This document shows positions 50,173 to 59,758 of a stretch of DNA of 64,000 nt, one piece after another; position 1 is the stretch's first letter; each line of letters opens with the position of its first letter. The stretch is from the NCBI GenBank assembly GCA_038231275.1, contig JBBRLQ010000012.1:165389-229388 (forward strand), in the 5' to 3' direction. The position numbers were made by a program, and so were the translations under genes. The notes below the pieces were generated by a model. It did no database searches, was not told the origin of the DNA, and saw only the letters and a program-made list of their open reading frames with translations. The stretch is from Polyangiales bacterium (GTDB lineage Bacteria > Myxococcota_A > Polyangia > Polyangiales > Polyangiaceae).

Positions 50173-51387
50173 CTACGTCGTGTAGCCCTCTTCGCCGTGC
50201 TGCGAGGTGTCGAGCCCCTCGCGCTCGTCGCTGTGCGTGACGCGGAGGCCCATGAGCTTGTCGATCGCCTTGAGGATGACGAAGGTGACGACGACCGCGT
50301 ACACGCCGGACGCCGCGCAGGCGAGGAGCTGAACGCCGAGCTGCTTGGCGTTGCCGAAGAGGAGGCCGTCGTTGCCCGCGTCGTTGAGGGCCTTCTGCGC
50401 GAAGACGCCGGTGAGGAGCGCGCCGGTGAGGCCGCCGATGCCGTGGACACCGAACGCGTCGAGGGAGTCGTCGTAACCATACTTGTATTTTGCAAGCACT
50501 GCGCCGTAGCAGGTGACGCTCGCGACCGCGCCGATGATGATCGCCGCCCACGGCGCGACGAAGCCGGCGGCAGGCGTGATGGCGACGAGACCCGCGACGA
50601 GGCCCGACGCGACGCCGAGGGCAGTGGGCTTGCCGCGGTGCCACCACTCGACCGCGAGCCAGCCGAGCGCGCCGCCGGCTGCGCCGAGGTGCGTGGTGAC
50701 GAACGAAAGCGCGGCGAGCTTGCCGCTCGTGAGGGCGCTGCCCGCGTTGAAACCGAACCACCCGAACCAGAGGATGCCGGCGCCGGTGAGCGTCATCGTG
50801 AGGTTGTGAGGGAGCGGCCTCTCTTGCGGGTATTTCAGGCGCTTTCCGATGACGAGCGCGCACACGAGCGCGCTCATGCCGGCCGTGAGATGAACCACGG
50901 TGCCGCCCGCGAAATCGAGCGCGCCGAGCTTGAAGAGCCAGCCGCCTTCGGCCCACACCCAGTGCGCGACGGGATCGTAGACGAGCGTGGACCACGCGAG
51001 GATGAAGACGACGTACGCCGAAAACTTCATGCGCTCGGCGAACGCGCCGGAGATGAGCGCAGGGGTGATGACGGCGAACATCATCTGAAAGGCGACGAAC
51101 GCGAGGGCGGGCACCGTGCCGTGCACTTCGTCCCAGAGGTTGGCGAGGCCGATGTAGTCGAGGCCGCCGATGAGGCCACCCTTCGAGGGTCCGAACGCCA
51201 GCGTGTAGCCGATGAGCGCCCACTTCACGCTGAGGATGGGGATCGCCGCGAGCGAGTGCATCAGCGTGCTGAGCACGTTCTTTTTGCGGACCATGCCGGC
51301 GTAGAAGAGGGCGAGCGCCGGGGTCATCAGAAGGACGAGGGCCGAGCTGACGAGGAGCCACGCCGTGTCGCCGGGATCGATCTTCAT
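50173..51387 (-). CDS. amtB: Ammonium transporter
   Basis: FYAGMVR, FQMMFA, AHWVW, DFAGGTVVH, WFGWFGFNAGS, DAFGVHG. Confidence 0.95.
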   Translation of the reverse strand: MKIDPGDTAWLLVSSALVLLMTPALALFYAGMVRKKNVLSTLMHSLAAIPILSVKWALIGYTLAFGPSKGGLIGGLDYIGLANLWDEVHGTVPALAFVAFQMMFAVITPALISGAFAERMKFSAYVVFILAWSTLVYDPVAHWVWAEGGWLFKLGALDFAGGTVVHLTAGMSALVCALVIGKRLKYPQERPLPHNLTMTLTGAGILWFGWFGFNAGSALTSGKLAALSFVTTHLGAAGGALGWLAVEWWHRGKPTALGVASGLVAGLVAITPAAGFVAPWAAIIIGAVASVTCYGAVLAKYKYGYDDSLDAFGVHGIGGLTGALLTGVFAQKALNDAGNDGLLFGNAKQLGVQLLACAASGVYAVVVTFVILKAIDKLMGLRVTHSDEREGLDTSQHGEEGYTT

Positions 51388-51535
51388 GCCATCCCACACC
51401 TAACCCGCTTTTGTTTCGGCCGCGTTTCGTGACCGTTGCGGACTCCTGGCATTTCACGCGGCCCGCTCTCCGGGTGCGTCGCTCCCGTCATTTGCCCGTT
51501 CCGTGCAAACGCCGTTCGCTCTAACGTCCGGTCCG

Positions 51536-52591
51536 ATGAGCAAGGCATTCGATCCTGGCGCCGCGGCGCCTTCGGATTCCGGGATTTTCGGGCTGCCGCA
51601 CTCCGCCGACGAGGCGCGCGTCATCGTGGTCCCCGTGCCGTTCGCGGCGACGACGTCGTACGGCGGCGGCGCGGAGAACGGCCCCGCAGCGATCCTCGAG
51701 GCGTCGCGCCAGGTGGACCTGTTCGATCGCGAGACAGGGCGGCCGTACGAGGGGGGCATCCACATGCTCCCCATCCCGGCTGACGTGCGCGCGTGGAACG
51801 ACGAGGGACGCAATCGGGCCAAAGGGGTCATCGAGGCAGGCGGTGACGTGACCGGCGATCCGGCTCTCTCGCGCGCGCTCGCGCGGGTCAACGAGCTGAG
51901 CGCCACCGTGAACGACGCCGTCTACGCGACGGTCCGCGCCGAGCTCGCGCGAAAGAAGCTCGTCGCGCTGGTCGGCGGCGATCACGCGACGCCGTTCGGA
52001 GCGATCCGCGCGCACGCCGAGGCGTTCCCTGGCCTGGGCATCCTGCACGTCGACGCGCACGCGGATCTTCGTGACGCCTACGAGGGCTTCACGCACTCGC
52101 ACGCGTCGATCATGTTCAACGTCATGCGCGGTATCCCGCAAGTCGGCCGCCTGGTGCAGGTCGGGATCCGCGATTTCTCCGAGGCCGAAGCGGCGTTCGG
52201 TGAGGCGTCGGGCGGTCGAATCGTCACGCACTACGACGCGGACCTGGTCGCGCGCGGTTTCGAAGGCGAGCCGTGGAAGACGACGGTGGACCGCATCGTC
52301 GTCGATCTGCCGAAGCAGGTGTACGTCTCGTTCGACATCGACGGGCTCGATCCGACGCTCTGCCCGCACACGGGCACGCCGGTCCCCGGAGGCCTCTCCT
52401 TCCAACAGGCGTCCGCGCTCGTAGGGGCCGTCGCGCGATCGGGCCGCACGATCGTGGGCGTCGACGTGAACGAAGTGGTTCCGGGACCCGACGGAGACGA
52501 GTGGGACGGAAACGTCGGGGCGCGCATCCTCTACAAGCTGATCGGGTGGATGCTCGTGTCGCAGGGCCTCAGCACGCCGCCGCCGCGCTGA
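51536..52591 (+). CDS. Agmatinase/ureohydrolase family protein
   Basis: GGDH, DAHAD, SFDIDGLDP, TGTPVPGG, DVNEV. Confidence 0.88.
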   Translation: MSKAFDPGAAAPSDSGIFGLPHSADEARVIVVPVPFAATTSYGGGAENGPAAILEASRQVDLFDRETGRPYEGGIHMLPIPADVRAWNDEGRNRAKGVIEAGGDVTGDPALSRALARVNELSATVNDAVYATVRAELARKKLVALVGGDHATPFGAIRAHAEAFPGLGILHVDAHADLRDAYEGFTHSHASIMFNVMRGIPQVGRLVQVGIRDFSEAEAAFGEASGGRIVTHYDADLVARGFEGEPWKTTVDRIVVDLPKQVYVSFDIDGLDPTLCPHTGTPVPGGLSFQQASALVGAVARSGRTIVGVDVNEVVPGPDGDEWDGNVGARILYKLIGWMLVSQGLSTPPPR

Positions 52592-52708
52592 CGAGATCCC
52601 TTCGGCGATCGGCGGCCGTCACCGCTTCGACCGATCGCGTGGTCAGAACCACGAGCTGGTTTCGCCACGCAACCGCGTCGGCGAATGGGATAATCTGATT
52701 CGCAGCGC

Positions 52709-54940
52709 ATGGCAGCATCGGTAACCGCAACGCGCGCGGCCGCGTTCACATCGGCTGCGATGATCGCCCATCAGGTCGCAGGGAAGGCCGCGCGCGATAC
52801 GCTGTTCCTGACGAGCTTCTCGGCGCGCGCGCTCCCCGGCGCCATGGCTGTGGCGGCGGCGCTCTCGCTCCTGGCCGCGTTCTGGATCTCGCGGTTACTC
52901 ACGCGCTACTCACCCGCTGCGGTCCTGCCAGCCCTGTTCGGCGCGAGCATATGCGGGCTCGTCGGCGAGTGGCTTCTCGGAAAGCTGTCGCCGCCGGCGA
53001 TGGCGATCGCCATCTACTTGCACCTGGCGGCGTTCGGACCGCTCCTCATCACCGCGTTCTGGTCGCTCATCAACGAACGCTTCGACCCCCACACCGCGAG
53101 GCGCGCCGTCGGGCGGATCGCGACCGGCGGAACGATCGGTGGAGTGCTCGGCGCTCTCATGGTGTGGCGGGCCGCCGCCGTCATCGACCTTTCCACGAGC
53201 GTCCTCTTGCTAGCCGCACTCCATGGAGCGTGCCTGGTCGGTACGCTGCGGCTCCGCGCGCAAGTGCCTCTTATCGAGAGCAAGGATCGCGAGTCGAATC
53301 CCGATCGACCGCGCGAGCCGGTCTCGGCGGTCGGACTGCTCCGCAGCGAGCCCTATCTGCGCAGCCTCGCGTTGCTCGTAGCGCTCGGCGCCGCGATGTC
53401 GTCGGTGCTGGACTACTTGTTCAGCTTTCAAGCCTCGGCGGCCTTCGACAAGGGAGCGCCGCTGCTCGCCTTCTTTTCGTTGTTCTGGCTGGCGGTCGCG
53501 GTTCTCTCGCTCGTCATCCAGCTGACCCTGGGCGAGCGCGCCCTCGAGAAGCTGCCGCTGACGGCGAACATCGCCATCCTGCCCGCCCTCGTCATCATGG
53601 GTGGGCTTTTCGGTCTCACGGTACCTGGGTTTTTCAGCACGTCGATTCTTCGCGGGGCGGAGGCAGTGCAGCGCAACACGCTCTACCGCTCGGCCTACGA
53701 GATGCTCTACACGCCGTTGTCGGAGCACCAGAAGCGCACGATCAAGGCGCAAATCGATATCGGCTTCGATCGTGCCGGCACGATCGCGGCTTCGGGTCTG
53801 GTCGCGCTGTTCCTCGCGGTCTTCGCGCACGATTCAGTGAGCTACCTGCTCGGTGCGGTCATGACGCTGGGTGTCTTGACGTTGCTGGTCGTGCGGAGAC
53901 TGCATGCTGGCTACGTCACGGCTCTCGAGCATGGTCTTCGGTATGGGGCGACGCACCTCGAACTGCCGTCGCTCGCCCGTCAGGTCAGCGGCAGCGCAGA
54001 GAACGCCGAATACGTCGAGCGGGAGAACCTGATGCAGCGCGTGGAGCTGCTGCGGCCCGGACATGACGCATCAACGCAGCACGCCGCCGGAGCCGAACGC
54101 ACCGCGCACGGCCCCGCGAGGACCGCGCTGCAGCACCCGAGGTCGTTGCTCGATGGTCGGGACCTGCTGGCTGGCGAGGTCGAATCGACCAGGAACGCGT
54201 TGCGCGCATTGCCACTCGAGACGACGACGCCGGTGTGGGGGTTCGTCATCTTGCTGCTGGCGCACAAGGAGCTGCATGCCGAAGCGCTCGCAGCGCTGTG
54301 CCGCGCCGCGCCCAGGATGACAGGGCAATTGGTCGACGCGCTCGTCGACCCTGCGATGGACTTCGTCGTGCGTCGCAGAATCCCCTACGCGCTCGCGGCG
54401 TGTGCCTCGCAGCGCGCCGCGGAGGGACTGCTGCTCGGCATTGGCGATGACAGGTTCGAGGTTCGCTACGCGTGTGGCCGGGCGTTGATGACGATCGCGG
54501 AAGCGAATCCGAGCATCGTCATCCCGCGCCAGAAGATTGTGCAGACGATCTTGATCGAGGTCGACCTCGAAGCTCCTGCAGCGCAAGAGTTCGAGGCCGA
54601 CCCGAGTGGGATCGAGGACGCCGGCGCGCTCGTGGACGACCTGCTCGCGCGCGATCGCGTGGACCGCACGCTAGAGCACGTGTTCACGATTCTCGCCCTG
54701 CACCTCGAGCGCGAGCCGATGCGTATGGCCTATCGCGCGCTTCGTCATCCCGATGTCCGTCATCGCGGCACGGCCCTCGAATACTTGCAGACGGTCTTGC
54801 CGCACGACATTCGCGACGCGGTGTGGCCGCTGCTCGGAGCGCTGGCCCCACTACCCGCCGCACGGGGCGCAAAAGAGATCCTCGCCGACCTGCTGCGCGC
54901 GACCGTGGTCCCGACGCCGGCGACCGGCGAGCCTCGCTAG
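52709..54940 (+). CDS. Npt1/Npt2 (TLC)-like MFS nucleotide transporter fused to HEAT repeats
   Basis: GKAARDTLFL, FWSLINERFD, ELLY.P-like motif, KAQID..FDRAG; HEAT-like C-terminus. Confidence 0.7.
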   Translation: MAASVTATRAAAFTSAAMIAHQVAGKAARDTLFLTSFSARALPGAMAVAAALSLLAAFWISRLLTRYSPAAVLPALFGASICGLVGEWLLGKLSPPAMAIAIYLHLAAFGPLLITAFWSLINERFDPHTARRAVGRIATGGTIGGVLGALMVWRAAAVIDLSTSVLLLAALHGACLVGTLRLRAQVPLIESKDRESNPDRPREPVSAVGLLRSEPYLRSLALLVALGAAMSSVLDYLFSFQASAAFDKGAPLLAFFSLFWLAVAVLSLVIQLTLGERALEKLPLTANIAILPALVIMGGLFGLTVPGFFSTSILRGAEAVQRNTLYRSAYEMLYTPLSEHQKRTIKAQIDIGFDRAGTIAASGLVALFLAVFAHDSVSYLLGAVMTLGVLTLLVVRRLHAGYVTALEHGLRYGATHLELPSLARQVSGSAENAEYVERENLMQRVELLRPGHDASTQHAAGAERTAHGPARTALQHPRSLLDGRDLLAGEVESTRNALRALPLETTTPVWGFVILLLAHKELHAEALAALCRAAPRMTGQLVDALVDPAMDFVVRRRIPYALAACASQRAAEGLLLGIGDDRFEVRYACGRALMTIAEANPSIVIPRQKIVQTILIEVDLEAPAAQEFEADPSGIEDAGALVDDLLARDRVDRTLEHVFTILALHLEREPMRMAYRALRHPDVRHRGTALEYLQTVLPHDIRDAVWPLLGALAPLPAARGAKEILADLLRATVVPTPATGEPR

Positions 54941-54965
54941 ATCTCCCGATCGGAAGCTGGCTAGC

Positions 54966-56174
54966 TCAGCGCACTTCGTCGTCCGTGCGCGGCTTCCGAC
55001 CCTCGACGGGCAATAGCACGACGAAGCGGCAGCCAAGTCCCGTGCTTGCGCTCTCGACCCGGATGGTTCCGTCATGAAGCTCGACCAAATGACGGACGAT
55101 CGCGAGGCCCGCGCCGAGCCCGCCGCCAGTGCGCGACGTCGCCGCGGTACTCCCTTCGAACCCGAACATGCTCGCGGCAAGCCCGGGCTCGATTCCCGGG
55201 CCGGTGTCCGTTACCGCGAGCTCGACCTCGGCGCCGACGTTGCTCAGCGAAACCGTGACTACGCCCTCGGTGGGGGTGGCGGTCAGCGCGTTGCTGACGA
55301 GCTGGTGCACGATCTGGCGCAGACGCTCCGCATCCCCGGACATTGGAACGATGTCGCGCTCGAGCGCCGCGAACAGCGTCACCTGCTTCGCGACCGCGAG
55401 CGGACGGTTCGCCTCGACCACCAGGTTGGTGACCTGCACGAGGTCCACGGTCCCGAGCTCCAGCGTGAGCTGGCCGCTCTTCATCCGGCTGATGTCGATC
55501 ATCTCCTCGATGAGTGCGAGCTGCGAAACCGCGTGGCGCTCGACCGTCTCGAGCGCACGGGCGCGTTGTGCCTCGCCGATCGATCCATCGCGCAGCATGC
55601 GGACCCACCCGACGATGGCGTTGAGCGGAGGCCGAAGCTCCTTCCCGAGTGTCGAGAGGAACTGCTGCTGCAGCCGGTCTGCCTGGACGAGGCTCGCGGC
55701 GAGACGCTCGGCCTCGCCGCGAGCTCTATGCTCGTGACTCCGCACTTGCTGTTGTGTCTGGTAGAGGTCGACGAAGACTGCCACCTTTGCGCGCAGGATC
55801 GTGGGATCGGGGGGCCGTGAGAGGAGGTCCACCGCTCCGCTCGCGTACGCCCGCGCGACGCGTGCGGTCTCCTGCTCCGCCGAGGTGAGCAAGATGATCG
55901 GGACACGCCGCGCCCCATCGAGCGCCTCGATGTTCGCTGCGGTCTCGAGGCCGTCCATCGCGCCCCGCAGCTCGAGGGAGAGCAGGATCAGCGCGAAGCG
56001 GTGGGCCGAGACTTCGCGGAGCGCCTCGGATCCTGAGCTGACCGCGACGAGCTCCTGGTCCGGTGACGCGAGGATGGTTTGTAGTGCGACGAGGTTCGCG
56101 CGGTGGTCGTCGACGAGCAGGAGCCTCACCTTCGCCGAATCGGCGCCACCTGCCTCGAGGACGCCGCAGCTCAT
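54966..56174 (-). CDS. REC-HisKA-HATPase hybrid with degenerate phosphoacceptors
   Basis: LLVDD REC start; H-box reads LGKELRPPL; HATPase NAL, DTGPGI, GLGAGLAIV; ATG at 56174. Confidence 0.8.
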   Translation of the reverse strand: MSCGVLEAGGADSAKVRLLLVDDHRANLVALQTILASPDQELVAVSSGSEALREVSAHRFALILLSLELRGAMDGLETAANIEALDGARRVPIILLTSAEQETARVARAYASGAVDLLSRPPDPTILRAKVAVFVDLYQTQQQVRSHEHRARGEAERLAASLVQADRLQQQFLSTLGKELRPPLNAIVGWVRMLRDGSIGEAQRARALETVERHAVSQLALIEEMIDISRMKSGQLTLELGTVDLVQVTNLVVEANRPLAVAKQVTLFAALERDIVPMSGDAERLRQIVHQLVSNALTATPTEGVVTVSLSNVGAEVELAVTDTGPGIEPGLAASMFGFEGSTAATSRTGGGLGAGLAIVRHLVELHDGTIRVESASTGLGCRFVVLLPVEGRKPRTDDEVR

Positions 56175-56295
56175 CTGGCGCAAGCCTACCCTACCCCGCG
56201 CGGCGAGTGTGACTCGCCGGGGACGCCCGTGAGGATGAGCGCTACCTTGCCGCAGTGCGCCCGCGCGAGTCGATCGGGCGTATGATCGTTGATCC

Positions 56296-59217
56296 ATGCC
56301 GGTGAACGACGCGTTTGATTTCGCCGGCGACCAGGCCGCCGAGGCGCTGCTGAACACCGGCGCGTTGCAGAGTGCGATCTTCAACAGCGCGAACTTTTCG
56401 AGCATCGCCACCGACGCGAAGGGCGTCATCCAGATCTTCAACGTCGGAGCCGAACGGATGCTGGGCTTCACGGCGGACGAGGTCGTGAACAAGATCACGC
56501 CGGCCGATATCTCCGATCCCGCGGAGTTGATCGCGCGCGCCAAGACGCTCAGTGTCGAGCTCGGGACGCCGATCACGCCGGGGTTCGAAGCCCTGGTGTT
56601 CAAGGCGTCGCGCGGGATCGAAGACATCTACGAGCTGACGTACATCCGCAAGGACAAGAGCCGGTTGCCGGCGGTGGTGTCGGTCACCGCGCTGCGCGAC
56701 GCGAAGGACGCGATCATCGGGTACCTGCTTATCGGCACGGACAACACCGCGCGCAAGCATGCGGAAGCCGCGCTGCAGCAGGCGGGTGCGCTGCAGAGTG
56801 CGATTTTGAACAGCGCCAACTTCTCGAGCATCGCCACCGACGCAAAGGGCGTGATCCAGATCTTCAACATCGGCGCCGAGCGCATGCTGGGCTACGCCGC
56901 GGCGGACGTGATCAACAAGGTCACGCCGGCGGACATCTCGGATCCGGAAGAATTGATCGCGCGCGCCACGGCGCTCAGTGCCGAGCGCGGGACGTCGATT
57001 GCGCCAGGATTCGAAGCGCTGGTGTTCAAGGCGTCGCGCGGCATCGAGGACATCTATGAGCTGACCTACATCCGAAAGGATGGCAGTCGGCTCCCGGCGG
57101 TCGTGTCCGTCACGGCACTCCGCGATGCCAAGGGCGCGATCATCGGTTATCTGCTCATCGGGACCGACAACACGGCGCGCCAGCAAGTCGAAGAGGAACG
57201 CGCGAAGCTCGATCAGAGGCTCCGCGACCACCACTTCTACACACGCTCGCTGATCGAATCCAACATCGACGCCATCATGACGACCGATCCGCGCGGCATC
57301 ATCACGGACGTCAACAAGCAGACAGAGGCGTTGACCGGCTGCACGCGGGACGAGCTGATCGGCGCTCCTTTCAAGAATTACTTCACCGATCCGAGTCGCG
57401 CCGAGGCGGGGATCAACCGGGTGCTCGCGGGGGGCAAGATCACGAACTACGAGCTCACTGCGCGTGCGAGGGATGGCACTCTCACGGTCGTCTCCTACAA
57501 CGCGACGACGTTCCACGATCGTGACCGCAGACTGCAGGGCGTGTTCACTGCGGCGCGCGACGTGACCGCGCTGAAGAGTTACGAGCGCACGCTGAAGCAG
57601 AAGAATGTCGAGCTGGAGGACGCCAACCGGATGAAGTCCGAGTTCCTCGCCAACATGTCCCACGAGCTGAGGACCCCGCTCAACGCCATCATCGGATTCT
57701 CCGAGGTGTTGAAGGACGGCATGATGGGCGAATTGACTGCACAACAGCAGCGCTTCATCACGGACATCTTCAGCAGTGGCAGCCACCTGCTGTCCTTGAT
57801 CAACGACATCCTCGACCTCTCCAAGGTGGAGGCGGGCAAGATGATGCTCGATCTGGAGTCCGTCCAGATCTCCTCGCTGTTCGTGAACAGCTTGTCGATC
57901 ATCCGCGAGAAGGCGGCGACGCGTAACATCCGTCTCCTGGTCGACGACGCCGACGCGGGAGGCTTGATCTTCGCGGACGCCCGCAAGGTGAAGCAGATCG
58001 TCTACAACCTGCTGTCGAACGCGGTCAGATTCAGTAACGAGGGAGGCGAAGTCACGCTGCGTGCTGCGCGCGTCTCTCGCGCCGACGTTGGAAAGCTGTC
58101 TGGGATCGGAGCGGGCCGCAGTCTGCCGTTGCCGGACGGCACCTTCGAAGAGTTTCTCGAGATCAGCATCACCGATCAGGGCATCGGCATCTCGGCGGAG
58201 GGCATCGAGCAGCTGTTCAAGCCGTTCAGTCAGATCGACAGCGGGCTGTCCCGCAAATTCGAGGGCACTGGGCTGGGTCTGGCCATGATCAAGCTGCTGG
58301 CGGAGCTGCACGGCGGGTCTGTTGCGGTCGAGAGTGTGGTCGGGAAGGGCTCGTGCTTCACGGTGTGGTTGCCGGTTCGCGCGCCCGATGCACCCGCCGG
58401 CGTTACGCCATCCGCTCCGCAGGCCCTCGCGTACGACACAGCACGCCCGGGAGCCCCGACCGCGCTGGTCGTGGAGGACGACCTCAAGTCGGCGGAGCTT
58501 ATCCGCCTGCAACTCGAGGCCCACGGCTTCCACGTGGTACATGCAGAATCCGCTGAGATCGCGCTCTCGCTGGTCACGATGCAGCGGGTGGAGCTGATCA
58601 CGCTCGACATCATGCTGCCCAACATGGACGGGTGGGAGTTCCTCGCTCGCCTCAAGAACATTCCTGAGCTCGGAAAAATTCCTGTCGTGATCATCTCGAT
58701 CGTAGCCGACCGCAACAAGGGCTTCGCGCTCGGCGCCGCCGCGGTCATGGAGAAGCCGATGTCACGGCAGGAGCTCTACGAGTCGCTCGTCGCCCTCGGG
58801 CTGTTTCCGGTCGCACAGGGCAACACACTCAAGGTACTCATCGTCGATGACGATCCCAAGGCGGTGGAGCTCGTCGCGGTCAGGTTCACCGGCCTGGCAA
58901 GTACGATCGTGCGGGCGTACGGGGGTGCCGAAGCGATCGAAATCGCTACCACCCAGCGGCCAGACTTGATCGTGCTCGACCTGATGATGCCCGAGGTGAA
59001 TGGTTTTGACGTGGTCGAAGCGCTCCGCGCCCACGTCGAGACTGCAAAGATCCCAATCCTCGTCATGACCGCAAAGCAGGTCACTGCGGAGGACCGAATC
59101 CGGCTCGTCCGGGGAGAAACAATGCTCGTGGAAAAGGGCGACCTCGACAGGGACCGCTTCATGTCCGAGGTCGGGCGCGCGATGTCAGGCCGTGCACCGG
59201 TGGTTCGCCGTGGCTAA
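56296..59217 (+). CDS. Hybrid sensor kinase PAS-PAS-PAS-HisKA-HATPase-REC-REC
   Basis: SHELRTPL, NLLSNA, DQGIGI, GTGLGL; two REC domains with Asp. Confidence 0.92.
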   Translation: MPVNDAFDFAGDQAAEALLNTGALQSAIFNSANFSSIATDAKGVIQIFNVGAERMLGFTADEVVNKITPADISDPAELIARAKTLSVELGTPITPGFEALVFKASRGIEDIYELTYIRKDKSRLPAVVSVTALRDAKDAIIGYLLIGTDNTARKHAEAALQQAGALQSAILNSANFSSIATDAKGVIQIFNIGAERMLGYAAADVINKVTPADISDPEELIARATALSAERGTSIAPGFEALVFKASRGIEDIYELTYIRKDGSRLPAVVSVTALRDAKGAIIGYLLIGTDNTARQQVEEERAKLDQRLRDHHFYTRSLIESNIDAIMTTDPRGIITDVNKQTEALTGCTRDELIGAPFKNYFTDPSRAEAGINRVLAGGKITNYELTARARDGTLTVVSYNATTFHDRDRRLQGVFTAARDVTALKSYERTLKQKNVELEDANRMKSEFLANMSHELRTPLNAIIGFSEVLKDGMMGELTAQQQRFITDIFSSGSHLLSLINDILDLSKVEAGKMMLDLESVQISSLFVNSLSIIREKAATRNIRLLVDDADAGGLIFADARKVKQIVYNLLSNAVRFSNEGGEVTLRAARVSRADVGKLSGIGAGRSLPLPDGTFEEFLEISITDQGIGISAEGIEQLFKPFSQIDSGLSRKFEGTGLGLAMIKLLAELHGGSVAVESVVGKGSCFTVWLPVRAPDAPAGVTPSAPQALAYDTARPGAPTALVVEDDLKSAELIRLQLEAHGFHVVHAESAEIALSLVTMQRVELITLDIMLPNMDGWEFLARLKNIPELGKIPVVIISIVADRNKGFALGAAAVMEKPMSRQELYESLVALGLFPVAQGNTLKVLIVDDDPKAVELVAVRFTGLASTIVRAYGGAEAIEIATTQRPDLIVLDLMMPEVNGFDVVEALRAHVETAKIPILVMTAKQVTAEDRIRLVRGETMLVEKGDLDRDRFMSEVGRAMSGRAPVVRRG

Positions 59218-59578
59218 AATTCTGGTCATCGAAGACAACCCCGCCAACATGACGCTGGCGACATTCCTACTGCAGTCGGTCAACCACACTGTGCTGTGCG
59301 CTACCGACGCAGAGACCGGGCTGACGCTGGCGCGTGCCGAGACCCCAGACCTCATCCTCATGGACATCCAGCTCCCGGGGATGGACGGACTCGCCGCGAC
59401 GAAGATCCTCAAGGAGGACCCGGTGACGCGCGCCATCCCTGTGATCGCGCTGACCGCGCTGGCGATGAAGGGTGACGAGGAGCGAATTCGGGCCGCCGGG
59501 TGCGACGGATACATCGCAAAGCCGATGCGCTACAAACTATTCCTCCAAACGATCGCCGATCAGCTCGCGCGCATTTGA
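59210..59578 (+). CDS. Single-domain response regulator (DivK/CheY-like)
   Basis: VIEDN, MDIQLPGMDG, ALTA, YIAKP; GTG at 59210 overlaps kinase end. Confidence 0.9.
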   Translation: MAKILVIEDNPANMTLATFLLQSVNHTVLCATDAETGLTLARAETPDLILMDIQLPGMDGLAATKILKEDPVTRAIPVIALTALAMKGDEERIRAAGCDGYIAKPMRYKLFLQTIADQLARI

Positions 59579-59580
59579 AG

Positions 59581-59604
59581 TGGAGCGAAGCGCAGCGGAG
59601 CGAA
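59581..59604 (+). repeat. Short dispersed intergenic repeat, copy 2
   Basis: Matches 23737-23760 (minus strand). Confidence 0.6.
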
Positions 59605-59758
59605 ACGACTCCTGACGGAGAGGCCTGACCGGCTTTTTCAAGTGCAGCCCAGATCGCCTCGACGTTGCCGGTTAGGCGTGGGTGAACGTCATAGCGCGGC
59701 CGGGGCTGCAAACGGACGCCGCACGCGCGCGTCATCGTAGTCCCGGTCCCGTTCGTGA

